From Octopus sinensis (lineage: Eukaryota): DNA of 64,000 nucleotides. Each line of letters starts with the position of its first letter. Within the stretch, counting starts at the first letter, position 1. The translations under genes were made by a program, and so were the position numbers. This document shows, in pieces, positions 1 to 11,445 of this stretch. The stretch covers positions 100,626,001 to 100,690,000 of the forward strand of contig NC_042997.1 in NCBI RefSeq assembly GCF_006345805.1. Direction: 5' to 3'. The notes under the pieces were generated by a model that was not told the DNA's origin, ran no database searches, and worked only from the letters and a program-made list of their open reading frames with translations.

Positions 1-114
1 GCGAGTTAATTTCGTGGTAAATAATTCTCTTGTGATGTAGCAATGGATGGATACTTCCAAGGAGGAAATGGTTTGAGAAGACGTCAGATGGTTAGGATTT
101 TATAAGATGGTATA

Positions 115-772
115 CGAGGGGAAGTCAAAAATTATCCTCACTTTCACCATAACATATTTTTATTATTGTCACGTTACCTTCTGCGCATGTGTGCTTATAG
201 TTGGTACTATTGTGGTCATATGATCGAAGCTTGAGCCTGATCGTGTCATTTTTCTTTCTGGCTTTACAATGTAAGCATGGCTGTTCCACTAGCAATGTAC
301 ACCAAAGAAGAACAAAGAGCAGTGATCTGAGAGATGGTAATGGTGAACTGATTCACCATTACCATCTCTCGAGATTGCTGAATCTTCTTGGTGGTGGTTG
401 ACAGGCATCCTGCTCCCTCTTTGTGCGTCATGATTGTCCGGCCACTTTTCAACTTCTCGATCCACTCATACACACTTCTATGCGGTAGTGCAGTCCCTGT
501 ATTATGCTGAAAGCCTCTGATGAATTTCAGCACCTGACGCACCTTTCGACCAGAGAAATTGGATCACTGCTCTTTGTTCTTCTTTGGTGCACATTGCCAG
601 TGGAGTGGCTATTGCTTACACTGTAAAGCCAGAAAGTAGAATGGCATGATCAGGCTCAAACTTTGATCATATGACCACAATAGTGCCAACTATAAGCACG
701 CATGCGCAGATGGCAGTGTGACAATAAAGACATGTTATGGCAAAAGTGCGGAAAATATTTGACTTACCCTTG
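115..772. mobile_element. Mariner-derived palindromic (5'-5') non-autonomous element
   Basis: TA|CGAGGGGAAGTCAAA ... TTTGACTTACCCTTG|TA. The ~215-bp arms (115-328, ~558-772) are inverted copies of a mariner 5' end including the transposase start (MAVPLAMYTKEEQRAVI). The centre carries a mariner HTH fragment on the minus strand (RSVYEWIEKLKSGRT). Confidence 0.85.
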
Positions 773-896
773 TAGAATGTACTAAGGTACTGTACTGCAG
801 TGATGATGATCTAAAGTACATTTTCAGGAAAAAAAAACTGAAATACTTTTTTTAATTAGCTTATTGAACAATCCTACCTTGTGTGAAATTTATATA

Positions 897-1437
897 TCTT
901 TATATATATAAAACTGAGAATGTGTGTCTGTCTGTGTTTCCCTAAAACTTGAGAACTACACAACCAATTTCATTCAAATTTTACACATGCCTTACTTAGG
1001 GTCCATGTAGTTTCATGGGCAAAAAAAAAAATGTTCAACTTCTTGCCTAGAGCGAGCCCATAGCAATATCATATCTTCTCCACTATTTCAGTATTACGTG
1101 TTAAAAGTGAAACAAAAATATTTCTCTATTTTATGTCAGATGCTTTCACTTTAACAATAAAAATAATAATAATTGAATTATATGTAGTAAGTAATAATTA
1201 AAATCAAACTAAAGTATAATATAATCGTAACATACAGAATTAAAAATAGCAATTGGTATAAAATTGCATCAATGGGTTTCACATGAATAGGAATAAATTA
1301 AGAATAAAATTAGCGTGCAGAAATGGAATAGTCCAGATGGATAATAAAAAATTAAATTAAAGAAAAGACTATTGTCTATAAAGTATACAATGTAGAGAAA
1401 AAAAGAAGAGCTAACAATTGAGTATTGTTATCACTAG
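897..1437 (+). mobile_element. Non-autonomous Helitron/Helentron-like element
   Basis: Begins TC+TATATATATAAAA followed by (GTCT)n and ACCAATTTCATTCAAATTT, as in DINE/HINE-like elements. A candidate CTAG 3' end lies at 1434-1437. Confidence 0.45.
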
Positions 1438-1479
1438 CGATATCAAGATATAACTTTGTATTTTGCATTTTATGTGTAG

Positions 1480-1512
1480 ACTAGCTGAAGGTGACCCGCT
1501 CTACGCGTGGGT
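1480..1512 (-). mobile_element. Helitron-type 3' terminus fragment
   Basis: The minus strand reads ACCCACGCGTAGAGCGGGT (hairpin) ... CTAGT. Confidence 0.45.
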
Positions 1513-1550
1513 AAGAGTGTGGTTGTTACTTTCTGTTGCTTCCTTTCAGC

Positions 1551-1850
1551 ACGTAAAGAGCACCATCCGAACGTGGCCGATTGCAGCGCCGCTTTGACTG
1601 GCTTCTGTGCCGGTGGCACGTAAAAAGCACCAACCGATCGTTGCTGCTGCGAGCCCCCCTGGCACCTGTGCCAGCGGCACGTAAAAAGCACCCACTACAC
1701 TCACAGAGTGTTTGGCGTTAGGAAGGTCATCCACCTGTAGAAACACTGCCAGATCAGACTGGAGCCTGGTGCAGCCTCCTGGCTTCTCAGACCCTGGTCA
1801 AACTGTCCAACCCATGCTAGCACGGAAAACGGACGTTAAACGATGATGAT
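1551..1850 (+). mobile_element. 5'-truncated RTE LINE 3' UTR fragment
   Basis: Matches the 3' UTR of the RTE at 11446-13742. It contains GGAAGGTCATCCACCTGTAG and ends CATGCTAGCACGGAAAACGGACGTTAAAC(GAT)3. Confidence 0.8.
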
Positions 1851-2140
1851 TCTCCCTCTTTGTTTCTCTCTCACTTTCTCACTCTCTTACTTTTCTTTTC
1901 TCTCGGATTCTCCCTCGCTTTCTCTTACTCTCTATCTTTATCTCTCTCTCTCCCATTTATAAACAACAAAAGATCTTGAGTAAGTTGAGAAATAAAATAT
2001 TTAGAAAGATCAATCATAAATATCAGACAGCAAAACGCTAACATTTAAAAGGGACAGACGAACTTGCGAGCTGAATAAAAATAATCAAATATTGGAAACC
2101 AAAGTTTGCAGGGATAGAATCTGAGGATAGTAGAGTCACC

Positions 2141-2322
2141 ATGTATATGTATGTATATATATATATATATATATGTATGTATATATATATGTATGTATAT
2201 ATACATATGTATATATATATATGTATATATGTATGTATATATACATATGTATATATATATATGTATATATGTAATGTATATATATGTATGTATATATACA
2301 TATGTATATATATGTATGTATA

Positions 2323-2353
<31 letters not shown>

Positions 2354-2828
2354 CATGTATGTATATATATATATGTATATATATATGTATATATACATAG
2401 TATGTATATATATATATGTATGTATATATATGTATATATATATATGTATGTATATATATGTATATATATATATGTATATATATATATATGTATATATGTA
2501 TATATATATTATGTATGTATATATGTATATGTATATATACATATGTATATATATATATGTATATATACATATGTATGTATATATACATATGTATGTAAAT
2601 ATGTATGTATATATACATATGTATGTATATATGTATGTATATATACATGTGTATATATATATATGTATGTATACATATGTATGTATGTATACATATGTAT
2701 GTATGTATACATATGTATGTATACATATGTATGTATGTATACATATGTATGTATACATATGTATGTATGTATACATATGTATGTATGTATACATATGTAT
2801 GTATATATATGTATGTATACATATGTAT

Positions 2829-2862
<34 letters not shown>

Positions 2863-3537
2863 GTATATATGTATGTATTTATACATATGTATATATATGT
2901 ATATATATGTATATATATGTATGTATATGTATGTATATATATGTATGTATATGTATGTATATGTATGTATATATACATATGTATGTATATATATATGTAT
3001 GTATATGTATATGTATGTATATATACATATGTATGTATATATACATATGTATGTATATACATATGTATATATACATATGTATGTATATATATATGTATGT
3101 ATATACATATGTATGTATATATACATATGTATGTATATACATATGTATGTATATATACATATGTATGTACAAATGTATATATACATATGTATGTACAAAT
3201 GTATATATATATGTATGTACAAATGTATATATATATGTATGTACAAATGTATATATATATGTATGTACAAATGTATATATATATGTATGTACAAATGTAT
3301 ATATATATATGTATGTACAAATGTATATATATATATATGTATGTACAAATGTATATATATATATGTATGTATATATATATATGTATGTACATATGTATGT
3401 ACATATGTATGTACATATGTATATATATATGTATGTACATATGTATATATATATATATGTATGTATATATGTATATATATATATGTATGTATGTATATAT
3501 GTATATATATATATATGTATGTACATATGTATATATA
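2141..3537. repeat. Giant compound (TA)n/(TATG)n microsatellite, ~1.4 kb
   Basis: Almost pure purine-pyrimidine alternation, with a higher-order ATGTACAAATGTATATAT subarray at ~3165-3355. Confidence 0.97.
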
Positions 3538-6500
3538 CTTTGATACTTTGATAGGTTTCGGCCATTATTGGCCCAGGCCATGTCTAACTTAATAGCACCA
3601 CCTGGTGAAGTCTTTCAAGTCAGAATTTGGGCACTATGGCCCACTCAAGTAGAGAGTTATTGTTTACAGAGACATATCCAGGTGTAGGGGGTTTATCCAG
3701 GATTTCTTGAAGGAATCTGTCCAAAGACTTCTTGAACCCTATAGGGTCAGTTTCTGTTTTAATGTGTTTTGGTGTAATGTTAAAGAGAGCGGGGCCAATT
3801 GAGGTGAGATAATTGTGCCGTATTGTTGTTATGAGATGAGAGTGCGATTTTTGTTTTGGGCGGATGGCACGGGGCCCAAGCCTTGGATGTACCTTAAAGG
3901 TGATGCCAACATCATTTGGGCAATGCTGATGGAATATTTTCCACATCATGCAGATGATGTAGCGCTCACGACGACGTTGGAGAGAATAGAGTTTTAGCTT
4001 TTCTAGCCGACCCCAATAGTCGAGGCCTGTCATGCCATCTATCTTTTTTGTGATTGCCCTTTGAGGTGCTTCAACTTTTATGATACCTTGTATTGTGTGG
4101 GGAGACCACAGTGGACAACAGTATTCAAGGTGGGGTCGGGCAAAAGTGGAGAAGAGAAGGATAATGGTGTGGATATCTCTCGACTGGAAAGTTCTGAGAA
4201 TCCAGGAACACATTCTGCGGGCCATGTCAACTTTGGTGTTTATATGAGTGGCCCAGCTTACGTTGTTGTCCACAATTACTCCCAAGTCTCTGATGTTGTT
4301 GGACGCCGCGAGAGTTTCACCTGAAGGAAGGGAGTATGGGAGTTTCAGGGCATCCTCTTTTCCAAAGTGGATTAGCTCAAATTTATCCTCGTTCAGCAGC
4401 ATATTGTTTTTTCTGCCCATTGGATAACAGCCAGTAGATCTGACTGAAGGCATGTCCGGTCACTCGCCTCATTTATGACCTTCTGTAGCTTGGAGTCATC
4501 TGCAAAGATTTTTATGTTGCTGTGCTTGATGATGTCATTAATGTCATTAATGTAAATGATGAAAAGAAGTGGGCCCAGCACAGTGCCTTGCGGAACGCCA
4601 CTACTGACTTTGGCTGGGCTTGATTTTACCCCTTCAACTACAACATGTTGAGATCTGTCTGTCAGGAAACACTTAATCCATTTCAGTAACTTTCCAGAGA
4701 CACCAATGTTGGATAGTTTTTTCAATAGGATCTTGTGATCGACCCTGTCGAAGGCCTTACTGAAATCAAGGTAGATGACATCGGTGTTGGAGCCCTCTCC
4801 CAAAGCTCTCAAAATGTCCTCAAAGTGATGCAGGAGCTGCGTTAGGCAGTCCCTTCCATTACGGAACCCATGTTGGTTGGAGATCAGCCGTCTGTTGCTT
4901 TCCAGAAATTGGGTTATTCGAGATCTCACCACCCTCTCAAATACCTTGATGATATGAGAGGTGAGTGAGATCGGACGGTAATTCACTGCAAGGGACTTGT
5001 TTCCCTTTTTGAAAACTGGGACAACAGACTGGGACAGAAGGTTTTTTGGAATATAGCCAGCATCCAGTGAGTTTCTCCACAGATTAGCAAGGGGAGATGC
5101 AAGTTGGTGTCGACACACCTTCAGGACACAAGCAGGGAACCTATCGGGGCCTACTGCTGAATTGTGTTTTATTTCGTTTATCGCCGCTAAGACATCAGGG
5201 GCACTAAACGTTATGTCCGATATAGTGTGTTGGGGGTTGACATCACTGATACAGCCCAGATCGGCCATATCAGGATTGCTGAAAACAGAGCAGTATTGTT
5301 TCTGCAGTATCTCGGCCATGGATTTGGCATTATCTTGGAGAGTGCCAGTTTCGTCAATTAGAGGGCCTACAGTGGAGACAGTGACCCTGCGTTTCCTCGC
5401 AAATGAAAAGAACACTTTGGGGTTGAGTTTGATTTTTTCAATGGCCCACTTCTCCTCAGCTGATCTTTGGTTATTGATGAGGGTCTTCATGCATTGTTGG
5501 AGGTTATATTTTTTGGATTCAAGCAGTGCGATAGCCGTCGAATGTGTGTGTTGCTGTTGGCAGTACTTTAGTTTGTTAATTTTTTTGTTTGTTCTTTTTA
5601 TTTTTCTGATAATGGTTTTTCTGTTTTGGGGGATTCTGCACTTTTTGTTCACAGGTCTTGGTGGGGAGTGTTTTGCACATATGTCTGTGACGGTGTCTAC
5701 AAAGATCTGCCAAGATGTTTTATGGTTGGTGGAGATGTGTGTATGTGTAAAGGACCAGTCAACATTTGATAGCTCGTTCCTGATTGCATCCGAGTTGGCT
5801 TTATGGAGATCCATGTTGTCAAATGGGTGGGCTGGAGGAAGGTCACTAGGATTAGCTTTCGGCTGGTGGAATTTCATGTTACAGAGAACCATGTCATGGT
5901 CTGAAAGAAGGGTTTTTTCCACTGTAACGTTATGTATAGTGTTAGTGTGGTTACTAAACACTAGGTCCAAAATGTTCTGATGTCTTGTTGGTGCAAGGAC
6001 AAGTTGGGACAAGAAAAACTCATTCGTAAAGTCGAAAAGTGACTCTGCTGCTTCTTTGTCAGCGGTTGAGGCGGGAGTGCTTGGTTTCAAACAGTTTGTA
6101 GTCCAGTCAACACAGGGTAGATTGAAGTCTCCCGTCATGAGTATGTTGCTAGAATGGCACTGTTGAATAAAGCACAGTATGGGTGTTTGGGGCGGCCTAT
6201 AGAGCCCAATTACTGTCAGGTCATTGGCTTTGTTGTGCACGGTGACTGATTCACAGTAGCCGTTGGAGAATATACTATTTCCATCTGCCGTAAATGAATC
6301 ATGCAGGAAAATGGCAGTTCCACCCTTCCTCCTGCCGATACGATCCGCGCGGATGGTTGTGAAATTCTTCACTCTCACTTCGGCTTCCAAGTGGGAGTTG
6401 TCAAGGTGGGTCTCAGTGAGAATGAAGAAAGGGATGTGGTGTGAATGGTTACCAACCCAGTCTTCAATCAATTGGACCTTCCATTTTTGTGCATTGATGG

Positions 6501-6586
6501 AAGGGCTGACACCTTGTGCATTGAGTAGGAATGTGGAGGTTAGTGTAGTGGCTGGTTTTGACTGTTGCAGGGGGCTTGGATTTTTT
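3535..6586 (-). mobile_element. CR1-group LINE (ORF2 plus 3' UTR, 5'-truncated just upstream of the endonuclease)
   Basis: APE endonuclease plus RT, a ~85-nt 3' UTR with a GGCC-AATAAT-GGCC stem-loop, and a terminal 8-bp repeat (CAAAGTAT)2 typical of CR1 3' ends. No ORF1 is present. Confidence 0.92.
3620..6586 (-). CDS. LINE ORF2 endonuclease-reverse transcriptase, ~985 codons with one frameshift (T6 run at 4407-4412)
   Basis: Motifs ETHL, YRPP, GDFN, LDLVF, SDH (APE); [36 protein letters not shown] (RT); C-terminal [11 protein letters not shown] and LYSLQRRR. ORFs 4393-6786 and 3620-4453 join if one A is restored (WAEKNNMLLN). Confidence 0.9.
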
Positions 6587-6705
6587 GTGTATATATATAT
6601 GTATGTACATATGTATATATATATATATGTACATATGTATATATATATATGTATGTACATATGTATATATATATATGTATGTATATATATATATTTATGT
6701 ATATG

Positions 6706-6736
<31 letters not shown>

Positions 6737-6959
6737 ATGTATATATATATGCATGTATATGTATGTATATGTATATATATATGCATGTATATATACGTAT
6801 GTATATGTATATATGTATGTGTATGTATATATGTATGTATATATGTATGTATATATGTATGTATATATATGTATGTATGTATGTATATATATGTATGTAT
6901 GTATGTATATATATGTATGTATGTATGTATATATATGTATGTATATATGTATATATGTG

Positions 6960-7006
<47 letters not shown>

Positions 7007-7492
7007 GTATATATATATGTATATATATATGTATGTATATATGTATATATATATGTATATATATATGTATGTATATATGTATGTATATATGTATATATAT
7101 GTATGTATATATGTATGTATATATGTATGTATATATGTATGTATATATGTATGTATATATGTATGTATATATGTATGTATATATGTATGTATATATGTAT
7201 ATATATATGTATGTATATATATATATGTATGTATATATGTATATATATATATGTATGTATATATGTATATATATATATGTATGTATATATGTATATATAT
7301 ATGTATGTATATATGTATATATATATATATGTATGTATATATATGTATTATATGTATATATATATATATGTATGTATATATGTATATATATATATGTATG
7401 TATATATGTATATATATATATGTATGTATATATGTATATATATATATGTATGTATATATATATGTATATATATATGTATATATATATGTATG

Positions 7493-7530
<38 letters not shown>

Positions 7531-7868
7531 CGTATGTATGTATACGCATGTATATATACATATGTATATGTATATATACATATGTATGTATATATATATG
7601 TATGTATATATATATATATGTATGCATATATACATATGTATATATATATATATATGCATATATACATATGTATGTATGTATATATATATATGTATGCATA
7701 TATATGTATGTATATATATATATGTATGCATATATACATATGTATATATATATATATGCATATATACATATGTATATATATATATATATATGCATATATA
7801 CATATGTATATATATATATATGCATATAGACATATGTATATATATATATATATGCATATAGACATATG

Positions 7869-7899
<31 letters not shown>

Positions 7900-8028
7900 G
7901 CATATAGACATATGTATATATATATATGTATGCATATAGACATATGTATATATATATATGTATATATATATATGTATGCATATAGACATATGTATATATA
8001 TATATGTATATATATATATGTATGTATA
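6587..8028. repeat. Giant compound (TA)n/(TATG)n microsatellite, ~1.44 kb
   Basis: Read directly. ATGCATATATACAT and ATGCATATAGACAT subarrays occupy the distal part. Confidence 0.97.
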
Positions 8029-8513
8029 TCATTATCGTTTAACGTCCGTTTTCCGTGCTAGCACGGGTTGGACGGTTCGACCGGGGTCTGGGGAGCCAGG
8101 GGCTGCTCCAGGCTCCAGTCTGATCTGGCAGTGTTTCTACAGCTGGATGCCCATCCTAACGCCAACCACACCGCGAGTGTAGTGGGTGCTTTTTACGTGT
8201 CACCTGCACAGGTGCCAGAGGGGTCTGGCATCGGCCATGATCGGTTTGTGCTTTTTATGTGCCACCGGCACAGAAGCCAGTCGAGGCGGTGCTGGCATTG
8301 GCCACGTTCGGATGGTGCTTTTTGCACAGAAGCCAGTCGAGGCGGTGCTAGCATCGGCCACGTTCGGATGGTGCTTTTTATGTGCCACCGGCACAGAAGC
8401 CATTCGAGGCGGGGTTGGCATTGGTCACGTTCAGATGGTACTTTTTATGTGCCACCGGCACAGAAGCCAGTCTACGCGGCACTGGCAACGGCCATGTTTG
8501 GATGGTGCTTTTT
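8028..8513 (-). mobile_element. RTE 3' UTR fragment with expanded internal subrepeats
   Basis: Reverse complement of the RTE tail, with about 5 copies of the GGTGCTTTTTATGTGCCACCGGCACAGAAGCCAG-type unit. Confidence 0.8.
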
Positions 8514-8526
8514 ATATATACATATG

Positions 8527-8566
<40 letters not shown>

Positions 8567-8968
8567 TGTATATATATATGTAGTATATATATATGTATGT
8601 ATATATACGTATGTATATATATGTAGTATGTATATATGTATGTATATATATATGTATGTATATATATATGTATGTGTATATATATGTATGTATATATATA
8701 TATATATGTTGTATATATATATGTATGTATGTATATATATATTATGTATGTATATATATATATGTATGTATGTATATATATATGTATGTATGTATATATA
8801 TATATGTATGTATGTATATATACATATGTATATATATATGTATGTATGTATATATACATATGTATATATATATGTATGTATATATACATATGTATATATA
8901 TATGTATGTATATATACATATGTATATATATATGTATGTATATATACATATGTATATATATATGTATG
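8512..8968. repeat. (TA)n/(TATG)n microsatellite
   Basis: Read directly. Confidence 0.95.
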
Positions 8969-9142
8969 TGGCCTGCTCGCTTAGCCAGCGGGGTGGCGTC
9001 ATTCGAAGGCTAAAACAATGCGAACGCATTGTGACCAGCGATGTGTTGCAACATCTGATGGTCTGGTCAGTCACGTGATCACGTGATATATATGTATGTA
9101 TATATACATATGTATATATATATATATATGTATGTTTAGTCA

Positions 9143-9547
9143 ATTTGTTTGACTCAACGTTTCAAGGTTGGGTCCCAGGATGGGTGCAGTTTAATGACTG
9201 AAACAAATAAAATGTCAGGTGAGAAAGTTATTTTGTTAGTGCATGTGTCCCAGTATGACATTTCCTCTCTTCATTATTTTATACCCATTTCTTCATGCTT
9301 AGTGTATGGGTGTAATGGCTCTCATAAATTTGAACCTCTGTATTATCTTACATCTCATTACAGATGTTATAGATTGGTGTCGTTTTTCCTTTAGTCTGTG
9401 TACTCAGCAAAATGTTGGAAATTCAGTCTTCCGTGTAAATATTATGGAAGAAGAGAATGTGATTCAGTAGGCCAAAAGTCTTATGACACTTAGTCTGTCT
9501 TGGTAGAATCTCTGGGACCTGGCTTTTATCTTCTCTGCAGGACTTAT
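9143..9547 (+). repeat. ~400-bp local duplication, copy 1 (copy 2 at 14197-14604)
   Basis: Near-identical text GACTCAACGTTTCAAGG...CTGCAGGACTTAT, consisting of a SINE 3' tail plus ~330 bp of otherwise unique sequence. Confidence 0.92.
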
Positions 9548-9590
9548 AAATAAGTCGCTTGTGGATTTGTACATGCATGTATGTATGTAT

Positions 9591-11150
9591 GCCAAATTGA
9601 AAGCTGGGTTGAACCACAAAACTTTCCTAGTCCTAGTTCTACATGTAGTATTACTACTAGGATGAAGTTGGTTATACTGGATCTTCTCTGAGAATCCACC
9701 ATTCCTTAATGTTCTATCGTAATAAGGTGCAACATTGGCCGTAAAAACAAACATAGGTAGGGAATTCTTGAAATTAGTCTCTAGGCATTTTCAACAGGAT
9801 CATAAATTTTATAGAATATTTAATAGAAGAACCCTTAAGATCAGCTATTCTTGCTGCAGAAACTTCGCCTCTTTTGTTAACCAACACAACAGTAAATTAA
9901 TTGCTAATAAGCATAGTGTCGATTGTCTTAAAAAATGTAATTGCAAAGATAGATCCTCCTGTCTGTTGGAAGGGAAATGTTTGGAGACAGGAATCGTATA
10001 TAGAACCAAGGTGCAGATAGAAGGCTCACGCGAATATAGGACTTATACAGGGGCTTCTGAAAATTCTTTTAAAACCCGATTTTATTCGCACAAAAATTCC
10101 TTTCGATACCCAGAAAATAGGACGAAGACCAGCCTAGCAAAATATGTCTGGGAATTAAAAGAAAAAGAAGCCCGACCTTTCAACGTGTCATAGAGTATTT
10201 TAGATAGAGCGGCACCATACAGGCCCCTGCACATAGGAGAAATTTGAAGTGCGACTTATGTTTGCTGGAAAAATATTTTATTTCATTCCAAGACATTAAT
10301 TCTTTGAATCAAAGAAGCGAACTCTTGAATTCATGCAGACATGCAGCTAAATTTAAAATGTCGAATATCAATATCTCATATGGATAGCGAATATTTTTGT
10401 TTTTTTGATTCTTGGACTAGTTTTTGATCACACTGTTGGATTTGTTTTGTATTAGGCAGGTTTTGTATATATTTTGATATATTTCATTTTATTGTATTTT
10501 ATAAACCCACTTTGGTCATTTAATTTATAGATAATTCAATTTGGGTGTTATATTTTGCATGTCTTTTATCTAAAATTTTTATTATTATGCACTCAGCAAT
10601 TTTTAAAAAATAATGTTTGTATATATGTCAGATCCTAGACATGTTTTTATGTGAATATTTGTATTGGCATGCATATGTATTCGTAAGCACGCATCTATGT
10701 ATATGTGTAAGTGAGTGTGTATGTTTGTACTTATGCACATACATACATGAATGTATATGTATGCATGTATTCTCTTGGATTTGTATGGATGTGTTTTTAC
10801 ATACTTGTCTCTATATATTTATATATGTGTTCTTATATGTGTATTTACTGCTAATATACAGTTTTATATACACATGTATACGTAATTTTATTTTGTGAAC
10901 GTTCATTACGCATAGTCAAACTTTTTTCTTTCTTCCTTTCGTTATTTTTTCTCTCCCTATTCGTTACTTGTATAGAGTCCTGTAAATTTACGCCCTCTCC
11001 CCTTCTCTTACTCACGTCTTTAGCTTTCTGTTGCTTATAAGAGCGTTACCTTTTCTTTTCTTCCCCCTCTCTGCGTTTTACTTCTAGTCTATATGTATAC
11101 ACCAAGTGATTTTTGCATGCGAGCAAGATTGCGTATACATATGTGGTCTG
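9591..11150 (+). mobile_element. Penelope-like element (GIY-YIG half plus 3' region) with an inverted 5' segment
   Basis: ORF 9735-10193 reads AVKTNIGREFLKL...CNCKDRSSCLLEGKCL...YTGASENSFKTRFYSHK. Segment 9591-9737 encodes the preceding part (APYY...WFNPAFNLA) on the minus strand. The 3' boundary is approximate. Confidence 0.85.
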
Positions 11151-11254
11151 TATACATCTATCTGTGTATTTTGATGTATATATGTATATTGATGGTTTAG
11201 TATGAATATATACTGTTGTGAAATATTTTAATATATTTTAATTTTATTTTATCA

Positions 11255-11326
<72 letters not shown>

Positions 11327-11384
11327 TACATATATATGTATATATATGTACATACATACATACATACATATATATATATGTACA

Positions 11385-11445
11385 TATCATCATTATCATT
11401 GTTTAACGTCTGTTTTCCATGCTAGCATGGGTTGGACAAATTGCT
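11385..11445 (-). mobile_element. Inverted RTE 3' tail abutting the 5'-truncated RTE
   Basis: The minus strand reads GTCCAACCCATGCTAGCATGGAAAACAGACGTTAAACAATGATAATGATGAT. Confidence 0.8.

Noticed and set aside
798-842. C/D-box-like pair (GTGATGA ... CTGA)
   Set aside because: Too short, with no terminal stem or recognisable guide sequence.
3553-3585. GGCC-AATAAT-GGCC-GAAAC in the CR1 3' UTR as a hammerhead
   Set aside because: There is no CUGAnGA box. It is more simply the LINE 3' recognition stem-loop.
9070-9088. Tandem E-boxes TCACGTGATCACGTGA
   Set aside because: They lie at the end of a ~120-bp repeat-like fragment between microsatellites, with no gene context to support function.
2038-9143. 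Dozens of long Y/I/M/C/V/H/T-rich ORFs (up to 532 aa), and similar ones at 42039-43620 and 54100-55897
   Set aside because: Alternating purine-pyrimidine microsatellites cannot contain stop codons, so these are artefacts and not genes.
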